Origin: Parcubacteria bacterium C7867-004
GTDB taxonomy: Bacteria; Patescibacteriota; Minisyncoccia; Phycocordibacterales; Phycocordibacteraceae
Assembly (NCBI GenBank): GCA_001189075.1
Contig: LFCN01000006.1
Coordinates: 321,746-385,745, forward strand
Length of the DNA stretch: 64,000 nt
Reading direction: 5' to 3'
Below, one piece after another: positions 48,890 through 56,811 of the stretch. The position numbers and the translations under genes are program-made. Numbering within the stretch: the stretch's first letter is position 1; every line of letters starts with the position of its first letter. The notes beneath the pieces are model-generated. The model had not been told where the DNA came from. It worked only from the letters and a program-made list of their open reading frames with translations, and ran no database searches.

Positions 48890-50650
48890 ATGCGCAAAGC
48901 GCTGTTGCTCGTCGCTATAGTCGGCTTATGCGTCGCAGCGGTGCTTGCGGTACACCTTTTCAAAAAGGATTTGCAGACCGTCTACGAGGGGACGCATTAT
49001 GCTTCCCACATGCAGGAGCACTTCTATGGGGATATGGCTTCCGCAGATACGGTATTCACGCCTGGTATCAAGGGCGCCATCGTTTCGCACCATCTCCTCG
49101 TTGCGGATCATATAGCGCAAACGTTCGCGTCGATGACCAACGATCAGGTTAAGACGGTGGTTATCATCGGACCGGATCATTTCTCCCGTGCCTCGGGAAA
49201 AGTATCAGTATCGCGGTATCCGTACGAGACACCATGGGGCAGGGTTGAGCCTGATACGGAAGTGATCGATGGCCTCATTAGCGCGAGGCTCGCCGAGGAG
49301 AACGAATATGTCTTCGAGATAGAGCACTCGATCGGCAGTCTCGCTCCGTATGTCAGGTATCATTTCCCGAACGCGAGACTGGTACCGATCGTTGTCGATC
49401 GCTCTACGTCACCTGAGGACGCAGTAAAGCTGGGAACATATCTAGCAGCTAATCTTGATGAGGGTGCGCTCGTTATCGCAAGCGTTGATTTCTCCCATCA
49501 CCTCGGGACCACGGCCGCCGATTTCCATGACGCGAAGAGTGTTGAGACCGTTCGTGCGTTCGACTTCGCATCGCTCGCGCGGCTTGAGGTGGATAGTCCA
49601 GCGTCCCTATACGCAGTCCTTACGTATCTTGAAGCGAAAGGCGCACAACGCCCCGTTATGTTCGATACGACGAACTCTGCGCGTTTCCTCGGCATTCCGG
49701 ATTCTGATGATGTAACGTCGTACCTCTTCGCTACGTTCGCTGAGGGACCAAAGGAGTCGACGGGCGCGGTTAGCATGTTTGCAGCAGGGGACCTGATGCT
49801 CGGAAGGGATGTCGCGAAGAAGATGGCGCAAGGAACCGACCTGTTCGAACGGTTCCGGGGAGTCGAAGGGAATTTCCTTCGCGGATTCGATATGTTCATT
49901 GCGAATCTCGAAGGGCCGATTACCAATTCGACTGAGTGCCAAAAGAAAGAACTCTCATTCTCCTTCAATCCTTCGGTTACTCCATACCTGAAAAAGAACG
50001 GGCTTACGCATGTAACGCTCGCTAATAATCATTCGAATGATTGTTTCGCAGCCGGTATCTCTGATACCAAGCAGAACCTCACGGAACAGGGCATTCGGTA
50101 TGTGGGTGGCGGAACGCTCGCTGAAAGTACCCGGACGGAAAAGGTCGCCGGGAAGCGAATCGCCATACTCGGCATTGATCGGACCGTCCAGCCGGTTGCT
50201 CCTGGGCTCGTGTATGCACATCTGCGCTCACTTGAAGAGAGTCATGACTATACGATCGTGGAGGTGCACTGGGGGCTCGAATACGAGCTCACCGAGTCGA
50301 CGGATCAGCGTACGCTCGCGCACGGCATGATAGACAGCGGGGCGGACGTCATCATCGGCCACCATCCGCATGTCGTGCAGCCGGTAGAGTCGTATGCAGG
50401 GAAGCCGATATTCTATTCCCTGGGAAATTTCGTATTTGATCAGTTCGGGAAAGAGACCAATACCGGCATGGCGGTCGGTCTGGTGCTCGCTGATGCGGCG
50501 ATAAGCACGTACCTGTTCCCGTACACGATAAACAGTGCGCATCAGCCGGACTTGATGGAGTACAAGGAAGCACAGGCGTATTGCAGCACTCAGGATATTC
50601 GTATCGAACCGTTCGGAAAGGATGCGTGCGCACTGCGCCTCGCTCGTTAA
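48890..50650 (+). CDS. fusion protein: Memo1/AmmeMemoRadiSam-B-like domain + CapA (PGA_cap) metallophosphatase-like domain
   Basis: N-terminal TM anchor. Residues about 60-270 contain GAIVSHHLLVADH..VVIIGPDHF (Memo-family His cluster). Residues about 290-586 contain MFAAGDLMLGRDVA..THVTLANNHSNDC..IIGHHPHV, typical of the CapA/PGA_cap family. Confidence 0.55.
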   Translation: MRKALLLVAIVGLCVAAVLAVHLFKKDLQTVYEGTHYASHMQEHFYGDMASADTVFTPGIKGAIVSHHLLVADHIAQTFASMTNDQVKTVVIIGPDHFSRASGKVSVSRYPYETPWGRVEPDTEVIDGLISARLAEENEYVFEIEHSIGSLAPYVRYHFPNARLVPIVVDRSTSPEDAVKLGTYLAANLDEGALVIASVDFSHHLGTTAADFHDAKSVETVRAFDFASLARLEVDSPASLYAVLTYLEAKGAQRPVMFDTTNSARFLGIPDSDDVTSYLFATFAEGPKESTGAVSMFAAGDLMLGRDVAKKMAQGTDLFERFRGVEGNFLRGFDMFIANLEGPITNSTECQKKELSFSFNPSVTPYLKKNGLTHVTLANNHSNDCFAAGISDTKQNLTEQGIRYVGGGTLAESTRTEKVAGKRIAILGIDRTVQPVAPGLVYAHLRSLEESHDYTIVEVHWGLEYELTESTDQRTLAHGMIDSGADVIIGHHPHVVQPVESYAGKPIFYSLGNFVFDQFGKETNTGMAVGLVLADAAISTYLFPYTINSAHQPDLMEYKEAQAYCSTQDIRIEPFGKDACALRLAR

Positions 50651-50673
50651 AATATTCTTCAGTACGGGAAAAG

Positions 50674-50702
50674 CGGAAAGGCCCGTCCGAAGACGAGCCT
50701 TT
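50674..50702 (+). terminator. putative hairpin terminator
   Basis: GGAAAGGC-(CCGTCCGAAGACGA)-GCCTTTCC after the stop of the preceding gene. No strong T-run follows. Confidence 0.35.
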
Positions 50703-50944
50703 CCGGCGCGCTTACGAACATGTTGGCCGAGGCCGACTCGTTCGCAAGCACCATAGGATACTACAGGAGAGTGATTTTCTCGTCAAGGGATTTTAGGGAG
50801 GAAATGAGGAGGGTGTGGATAACGTGTCGTTCATACTGGGACACTTCAGTTTTATGATTCGTGTGTTATAGTGTAGTGGGGACCGACGCTAACGCATCGG
50901 TAGCCTAATTGTTGAAACTCGCGACCTCAAAGGGGTTTTATTGG

Positions 50945-51682
50945 ATGATACGAACAAGATTGGTGGGCTGCTTCGGCGCGGCCATGGTTCTCGCGCTTGC
51001 GGCGAATGCCCGGGCGGCGACGAACCTCATCGTGAACGGGGGCTTCGAAGCTCCGCTCGCGGGCAACGGCGCCTACTATCAGGCGTTCGGCGGCCAGGAC
51101 ATAGGTGGCTGGACGGTTACTGGGCGGGACATCCTCCTGCTCGACCGCAACTACACGGAGACCGGCCTGGTCTTCAATTCAGCTGCGGGCGATCAGGCGG
51201 CTGACATTACCGGCGCCGGCAACACCAGCGAAGAGGACGGGCTCGAGCAGACGGTGCTCGTCGACCCCGGTCAGCTGTATAGGCTGTCCTTCGACGTCGG
51301 GAACGCGGCGCCGTTCGGCGTGAATTCGTGGGCCTACACGCTCCCGAGCACGGTCCGACTCACCTTCGATGATGGCGATCCTGGGCCGGTGGTGTTCCTC
51401 ACCACCGGCCCGCTCGAGTTCACCAATGCCATCGACAACCCGTCGGGCAGTCCGGGGATCAACTTCCAGAGGTTCTCGGTCGACTATCTCGGCACGAGCA
51501 CCGGTCAGGTGAAGATCCGGTTCTTCAACGGCGTGGGCAACGACAACTACGTCGGCCTCGACAACGTCGTGTTCGAGAAGGTCGCTGCGGCGGTGCCGGA
51601 ACCCTCGTCGTGGGCGCTGATGATCATCGGCTTCGGCGGAATGGGCGCCATGATTCGGCGTCGCCGACTGCAAGCGGCCTAG
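50945..51682 (+). CDS. PEP-CTERM sorting-domain protein
   Basis: Signal peptide (LVGCFGAAMVLALAANARA). N-terminal NGGFE..GW beta-sandwich-like domain. C-terminal VPEPSSWALMIIGFGGMGAMIRRRR is a textbook PEP-CTERM motif (VPEP, hydrophobic helix, basic tail). Lies in an approximately 66% GC island. Confidence 0.6.
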   Translation: MIRTRLVGCFGAAMVLALAANARAATNLIVNGGFEAPLAGNGAYYQAFGGQDIGGWTVTGRDILLLDRNYTETGLVFNSAAGDQAADITGAGNTSEEDGLEQTVLVDPGQLYRLSFDVGNAAPFGVNSWAYTLPSTVRLTFDDGDPGPVVFLTTGPLEFTNAIDNPSGSPGINFQRFSVDYLGTSTGQVKIRFFNGVGNDNYVGLDNVVFEKVAAAVPEPSSWALMIIGFGGMGAMIRRRRLQAA

Positions 51683-51716
51683 CGCCACCAACCAGTTCGA
51701 CTCGTTCGGACTACAA

Positions 51717-51749
51717 GCCTCGACGGCAACGTCGGGGTTTTTATTTTTG
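51717..51749. terminator. bidirectional rho-independent terminator
   Basis: CCTCGACG-GCAA-CGTCGGGG followed by TTTTTATTTTTG. Confidence 0.65.
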
Positions 51750-52274
51750 TATGAAATGCCGGCGTGCTTCTTCCGCGCCTTTAACAAGGAGCTCGAGAGA
51801 CTCGTGCAGGGAAGCTATGTACTCATCTCCGTGCCCAGCAAGGTTAGTGCGAAGTTCATGGTCGCTGACCCAGCGCAGACCCGTTACTTCATTTTCTGGG
51901 TAGGTAAACCCGCTTAGGTCTTTGTCGACAACGGCGAAGTACCACTGCACGAAATAGTATCCGGTACCAGGTTTTCGCAGCACTTTGGGTCCTGAGAGAA
52001 GTTCTTGCACGGAGAGGGTAATACCAATCTCCTCCTGGGTCTCTTTGATGATGTTTATCTCGTAGGTCTCACCTTCCTCAACGGTCCCGGCAACCGCAGG
52101 ACCCCATTTCCCTGGACTGTGTCGTTTGGTAAGCGCACGCTGCGCCAATAGGTATTCGCCTTTTGAGTTAGTTATCCAGAGCGCAGAAACGCGGGATATA
52201 TCGCCCTTGGTCAAGTCGTCGCGCTCCTTCAGACCGATAACGGTATCGTCACGGTCAACGACGGGGATTTTCAT
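51741..52274 (-). CDS. NUDIX hydrolase
   Basis: Nudix box GKWGPAVAGTVEEGETYEINIIKETQEEIGI (Gx5Ex7REUxEExGU pattern). Confidence 0.75.
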   Translation of the reverse strand: MKIPVVDRDDTVIGLKERDDLTKGDISRVSALWITNSKGEYLLAQRALTKRHSPGKWGPAVAGTVEEGETYEINIIKETQEEIGITLSVQELLSGPKVLRKPGTGYYFVQWYFAVVDKDLSGFTYPENEVTGLRWVSDHELRTNLAGHGDEYIASLHESLELLVKGAEEARRHFIQK

Positions 52275-52319
52275 AGAGGAAATTTAGCATATCGATAGTA
52301 AATCAATCGAAGCATCTAA

Positions 52320-52354
52320 TCAAAAAGCCGCTTTGTAGCGGCTTTTTGATTTTG
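52320..52354. terminator. bidirectional rho-independent terminator
   Basis: AAAAAGCCGC-TTTGTA-GCGGCTTTTT flanked by A- and T-runs. Confidence 0.7.
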
Positions 52355-52425
52355 CGGGCCCACTAGGAATCGAACCTAGGACGTCGGGTTTGGAATCCGA
52401 AGTTATACCATTTAACTACAGGCCC
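52355..52425 (-). tRNA. tRNA-Trp (anticodon CCA)
   Basis: Reverse complement: GGGCCTG-TA-GTTA-AATGGTA-TAAC-T-TCGGA-TTCCAAA-CCCGA-CGTC-CTAGG-TTCGATT-CCTAG-TGGGCCC-G. One A-C mismatch at the base of the anticodon stem. G73 discriminator is typical of Trp. Confidence 0.65.
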
Positions 52426-52532
52426 GTATGTTTGAGATCTGCGTACCTTTCACGCACGCTATGCTCACGATACCAGAATCCTAACCAGGGGAAAAGAAGC
52501 GAGCTACCTGCGCTCCGCGCTACAATACACTT

Positions 52533-53564
52533 ATGTATCGGCTTTGGGTCACCGCAGTCTTTGCGTGCGTAATCGCATTGTCCGTACCTGCATACGTATC
52601 TGCCGCTGATCTTCCGCTTCTTACACCCGGTTGGCACATCGTTCCGGATGCGCATGACCTTGATTCGAGTTGCCCGGTAGGTGCACCGCTCGGGTTTGGC
52701 GGCGTACTCCAACTCATCCAGAACCTGATGAATGCCGGTATCTCTATCGGCATCGTCATATCCATCCTGGTTATCGTCTTCTCTGGTTTGCTGTGGATGC
52801 TCACGCCGTTCAATCCCGAGAATCATTCGCAGGCGAAGAAAGTCCTTACGAATGCGGTCATAGGCCTGCTCATTATCCTTTCGGCGTGGCTCATCGTGGA
52901 TTTCGTGATGAAGGTCTTGTATTCGGGTACCGGAGCCGATTCGGGAAAGTTCGGACCATGGAATAAGATACTCGTCGGCGGGAACAAATGCGTAACGGCA
53001 AGCACTGACCTTAAGCCGCTTTTCAGCGGAGACCTATTTACGATCCCAAGCACTGGACCGGCTAACGTTCCTGTGGACGCGACTCAGATAGCAACCGCGC
53101 GAGTAGGTACGGGAGGATGTTCGCCCGAATATATCACCACCATGGCAGGAAAGTCAGGCTCGCCCATAACCCCCTCGAACGCCGCGACGCTTTCTTGCAT
53201 CGCGGTCCATGAGAGTACGTGCGGTACGAGGCTCCTCAATTACAACTGGGGAAAGGGATCAAGTGCGGCAGGACTTCTGCAGGTAACCATCGACAGCCAT
53301 TCTTCCTTCTTTGAGAACGCCACCTGCAGGGCTGCCGCTGGGGTAAGTCCGACGACGGTCCTTAACTGCACGGCAGGATTCAATAAGGGAAATGCGGTTC
53401 CCGGAAGCGCTATAGCAGAGCGCTGCACAAGAGCCGCGAAGGATCCGGCATGCAATGTCGCGCTGGCGCTGCAGGTTCTCAAGTCGGAGGGGTATGGAGC
53501 ATGGACCCATGACCCGAAAAGCAATAAGCAGGAGGCGTGCATCGCCCGCTTCGGGAATGGGTAG
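52533..53564 (+). CDS. VirB2/TrbC-like pilin-type N-terminal module fused to a lytic transglycosylase (SLT-like) domain
   Basis: Signal peptide. Double-TM pilin-like segment GFGGVLQLIQNLMNAGISIGIVISILVIVFSGLLWMLTPFNPENHSQAKKVLTNAVIGLLIILSAWLIVDFVMK. C-terminal domain has the SLT hallmarks AVHESTCG (catalytic E-S) and SSAAGLLQV (GLMQ-like). Confidence 0.55.
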   Translation: MYRLWVTAVFACVIALSVPAYVSAADLPLLTPGWHIVPDAHDLDSSCPVGAPLGFGGVLQLIQNLMNAGISIGIVISILVIVFSGLLWMLTPFNPENHSQAKKVLTNAVIGLLIILSAWLIVDFVMKVLYSGTGADSGKFGPWNKILVGGNKCVTASTDLKPLFSGDLFTIPSTGPANVPVDATQIATARVGTGGCSPEYITTMAGKSGSPITPSNAATLSCIAVHESTCGTRLLNYNWGKGSSAAGLLQVTIDSHSSFFENATCRAAAGVSPTTVLNCTAGFNKGNAVPGSAIAERCTRAAKDPACNVALALQVLKSEGYGAWTHDPKSNKQEACIARFGNG

Positions 53565-53583
53565 CCATGTATACTTATCTGCA

Positions 53584-54144
53584 ATGAAACGCTATCTCCT
53601 CATCGGTCTCGGGGTCCTCATCGTGATCTCTGTAGCGGTTACTGTTGCGTTCATAGTCCTATCGAAGAAAGAGACGCCTCCGCCTCCCCAAGCCCCTGCT
53701 TTGTTCCCTAGCGCTGGCGGAGTCAGCCAGATACGTCCTTCTGACATGGTCCTCTTGGTAGCATCAAAGGCTGGGGGAGATATCGCCGTCCGTGACTTCA
53801 TCAGCGACGATACAACCTTCAACGACCCGTCGAATCCGGATGTCTATTTCATCGCGAGGAGCAGCATCGAATGCTATCCGGACTGCGGTCCGGGAGCGAG
53901 CCAGAGCGCCTTCAACATTTCGTATTTCAAACCGACGAGATCATTCACGATAGCTATCCTCGAGGAACCGATCGGACAATCGAGAATCGATGCGGAGAAC
54001 TATCTTATGAACGTGCTTGGCATTACATCAACTCAGATGTGCGAACTGGATCAGTACACCAGCACTGACACGCAGACGAATCCGGCATTCGCTGGCATTC
54101 CTCTCGGATTTAGCTTCTGTCCAGGCGCGATTAAACTACCCTAA
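53584..54144 (+). CDS. membrane-anchored extracytoplasmic protein, function unknown
   Basis: N-terminal TM anchor (LLIGLGVLIVISVAVTVAFIVL), a Pro-rich linker, and a ~150-aa domain with four Cys. Sandwiched between the two pilin-hydrolase fusion genes. Confidence 0.45.
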   Translation: MKRYLLIGLGVLIVISVAVTVAFIVLSKKETPPPPQAPALFPSAGGVSQIRPSDMVLLVASKAGGDIAVRDFISDDTTFNDPSNPDVYFIARSSIECYPDCGPGASQSAFNISYFKPTRSFTIAILEEPIGQSRIDAENYLMNVLGITSTQMCELDQYTSTDTQTNPAFAGIPLGFSFCPGAIKLP

Positions 54145-54146
54145 GC

Positions 54147-55079
54147 ATGCGTATCCTCTCTCTATTCGTTCCGGTGCTGAGCGCGATAGCATTCGTGCCA
54201 GCGACGGCGTTTGCGGCGAATGCTACGTTCTTCGGGCCGCTCGTTCCTGAGGCGTGCAGGTCTTGTCCGTGCGGGTTCGCGGGTGTCCTGCAGATCATCC
54301 AGAACTTCATGAACCTGGGAATCTCGCTCTCGATCATCATTGCGACGATCATCATCGCGGCAGGCGGGTTCATGTACATCCTGTCCTCAACCAATCCGGA
54401 GAGCCGCAGCAAGGCGAACAAGATGCTTATGAATGCGGTCATCGGTCTGCTTATCGTCCTTTCCGCGTGGCTCATCGTGGACTTCGTCATGAAGAGTCTG
54501 TATGGCGGGCAGTTCGGTCCTTGGAACTCTATCCTTCGAGGCGGAGACGAGTGCGTAGTCTCACGGCCGACCCAAAGGCTTTTCAGCGGGGATCTCTTCG
54601 TGCTGCCCGGCGGGATTACGGGCGGCGGCGTGGAGCAAGGTACGGGAAACGGAACCGGTCCGAACTGCCCGGTTCCAGCTGAATCAACTATGGTAGCGTT
54701 CCCGGCCGAGGCGGTTGCCGGCGGGTCCGGAAAAGCGACCCCTGACACCGTCGCAAATTTCATGGCGATGCGCGAGGCTGCAAAGAAGGATGGAATCGTT
54801 CTGAAAGTAAGCAGTGCCTATCGATCGGATGCAGCTCAAGTGTCGCTCTGGAATAGTCTCGGCAGAGACACGAGCAAGGTCGCGAAGCCCTGCTCGCTGG
54901 GCGGCGGCGGCTCCAATCACAACTCCGGCGCAGCGGTAGATATAGAGGTCGGATGCGGCAATCCGAGCAGCAATTGCAATACGGCCACCTATAAGTGGCT
55001 TAAGGCCAACGGTGGCAAGTGGAATTTCCGAAACGCTCTTCCTACCGATCCTCCGCATTGGTCGCCGAGCGGTACCTAG
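54147..55079 (+). CDS. VirB2/TrbC-like pilin-type N-terminal module fused to an M15 (VanY/D-Ala-D-Ala carboxypeptidase-like) peptidase domain
   Basis: Signal peptide. Pilin-like segment GFAGVLQIIQNFMNLGISLSIIIATIIIAAGGFMYILSSTNPESRSKANKMLMNAVIGLLIVLSAWLIVDFVMK. C-terminal LAS-metallopeptidase hallmarks SAYRS, SNHNSGAAVDI (H..D) and DPPHWS. Confidence 0.55.
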   Translation: MRILSLFVPVLSAIAFVPATAFAANATFFGPLVPEACRSCPCGFAGVLQIIQNFMNLGISLSIIIATIIIAAGGFMYILSSTNPESRSKANKMLMNAVIGLLIVLSAWLIVDFVMKSLYGGQFGPWNSILRGGDECVVSRPTQRLFSGDLFVLPGGITGGGVEQGTGNGTGPNCPVPAESTMVAFPAEAVAGGSGKATPDTVANFMAMREAAKKDGIVLKVSSAYRSDAAQVSLWNSLGRDTSKVAKPCSLGGGGSNHNSGAAVDIEVGCGNPSSNCNTATYKWLKANGGKWNFRNALPTDPPHWSPSGT

Positions 55080-55909
55080 TTCTGGCCGCCGTTCAGCTTA
55101 CGGATCCACGCCTTCTGGTGTCGTGCGTACTGCCAGAGCTTCGCATGGAGTGCCGGTAGAAGGGAATCCTGCGTCCGCTCTCCACGCAGGTATTCACCGA
55201 TAATCCGATACTCGAGTCCGAGTTCCTTAAGGCGTTCATCTCCATAGGCATCCCTCGTTCGTGCAACTTCTTCTATGAGACCGCGTGAGAGCGCTGAAAC
55301 GAGGCGTGTCATGATGCGCTCTCGCAAGATCTCGCGGTCATGATCGATGATGATCCATTCGACTGCGTGCCGTGGTGTGAGGGAATCACGCTCCGGAACG
55401 AGACCGTGCTCGTCGATGATCTCAAGAGCACGCACCAGGCGCCGCTTGTTATTAGGATCGATGCGCGAGGCGCGTCTCGGGTCGCGTTCGCTGATTTCGC
55501 GCATAAGGTCTTCGGTACTCCTCGCCTCGAGTGCCTTTCGTCTCGTCACGTCCTTTTTTGACTCTCCCGGGAGTCCGTACAAAAGCGCATCGAAATAGAA
55601 GTTCGTACCGCCGGCAAGTATCGGGTGCTTTCCTCGTGCACGGATATCCTCTATAAGCTGCTCCGCGTCATGGACGAAGTCTCCGGCGCTATAGACCTCG
55701 TCGGGCATGCGGATATCGATCAGGTGATGGGGAATGCCGTCCATCTCGGCCTCGGTAATTTTCTCTGTACCGATATCGAGCGTCTTGTATACCTGGCGCG
55801 AATCTACTGATATAACCTCGCCGCCATGCTCCTTAGCGAGCGCTATAGCCCGTGCAGACTTGCCGGACGCGGTTGGTCCAATGACGCAGATGAGGGGCGC
55901 GGGGTTCTT
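55076..55909 (-). CDS. miaA: tRNA dimethylallyltransferase
   Basis: P-loop GPTASGKS, followed by VISVDSRQVYKTLDIGTEKIT and DGIPHHLIDI. Start chosen at MKNPAPLICVIG. Confidence 0.85.
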   Translation of the reverse strand, partial: KNPAPLICVIGPTASGKSARAIALAKEHGGEVISVDSRQVYKTLDIGTEKITEAEMDGIPHHLIDIRMPDEVYSAGDFVHDAEQLIEDIRARGKHPILAGGTNFYFDALLYGLPGESKKDVTRRKALEARSTEDLMREISERDPRRASRIDPNNKRRLVRALEIIDEHGLVPERDSLTPRHAVEWIIIDHDREILRERIMTRLVSALSRGLIEEVARTRDAYGDERLKELGLEYRIIGEYLRGERTQDSLLPALHAKLWQYARHQKAWIRKLNGGQN

Positions 55910-55967
55910 CATGCCGGGTTCGTTCGCGGATGGTATCATGCCTCTATCCAAGCGTAACCTTTCATTT

Positions 55968-56630
55968 ATGGCTAAAGAACAGAAGAGCAATTATTGCGAG
56001 TACTGCGGCGACTTCCACGATCCGTTCCGGGAGTACAGTTCTAGTGTGCGCGTAGGCGAGACGGTCCCTGACTACGAGTTCGAAGCCTTCCACAAGGGAG
56101 ACGCGCACACGATGAAATTCTCCGACTTCCGGGGGAAATGGCTTGTGGTTATGTTCTACCCCGCGGACTTCACCTTCGTGTGTCCGACCGAGCTTGAGGA
56201 GATGGCCCTGCTCTATCCGAAGCTCCAGAAGATAAACGCGGAGGTTGTCTCGTTCTCAACTGACACGGTGTTTGTGCACAAGGCATGGCACGACACCTCC
56301 GAGGCCATCAAGAAGATCGCGTTCCCGATGGGCTCGGATCCTTCGGGCAAGATCGCGGACGCGTTCGGCGTGCTCATTGAAGGAGGCGATCTGCCGTTCG
56401 TTCCGGATGAGGGTCTCGCGCTTCGCGGCTCGTTCATCATCGACCCGTCAGGCACGCTCCGCTCCATGGAAGTGAATGACAACTCCATCGGCCGCTCGGC
56501 GAAAGAGACGTACCGCAAGCTGCAGGCGGCACAGTTCGTGGAATCGAATCCGGGACAGGTGTGTCCCGCTTCATGGGAACCGGGAGAGGATACGCTTGAG
56601 CCGGGCATGGGGCTCGTCGGAAAGATATAA
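55968..56630 (+). CDS. 2-Cys peroxiredoxin (AhpC/Prx1 family) with N-terminal CxxC-containing extension
   Basis: Peroxidatic Cys motif FTFVCPTE and resolving Cys near the C-terminus (GQVCPASW). An extra ~30-aa N-terminal segment (MAKEQKSNYCEYCGDFHDPF) precedes the Prx domain. Confidence 0.75.
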   Translation: MAKEQKSNYCEYCGDFHDPFREYSSSVRVGETVPDYEFEAFHKGDAHTMKFSDFRGKWLVVMFYPADFTFVCPTELEEMALLYPKLQKINAEVVSFSTDTVFVHKAWHDTSEAIKKIAFPMGSDPSGKIADAFGVLIEGGDLPFVPDEGLALRGSFIIDPSGTLRSMEVNDNSIGRSAKETYRKLQAAQFVESNPGQVCPASWEPGEDTLEPGMGLVGKI

Positions 56631-56631
56631 C

Positions 56632-56661
56632 GAAAGGCGACCGAATGGTCGCCTTTTTATT
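56632..56661 (+). terminator. rho-independent terminator
   Basis: AAAGGCGACC-GAAT-GGTCGCCTTT followed by TTATTG. Confidence 0.65.
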
Positions 56662-56662
56662 G

Positions 56663-56744
56663 TGCCGGGGGAGGGACTCGAACCCTCGATCCGTTAGGAA
56701 GCGGGTTTTGAATCCGCCGCGTATACCAACTCCGCCACCCCGGC
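56663..56744 (-). tRNA. tRNA-Leu (anticodon CAA), long variable arm
   Basis: Reverse complement: GCCGGGG-TG-..-GCGGA-TTCAAAA-CCCGC-(variable arm TTCCTAACGGATC)-GAGGG-TTCGAGT-CCCTC-CCCCGGC-A. Confidence 0.8.
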
Positions 56745-56811
56745 AATAGATTTCATCCTACTTCACAGCATGTTCTGCTGCAAAGCCAGCGCGCGATGAT
56801 ATAATCGTCGC

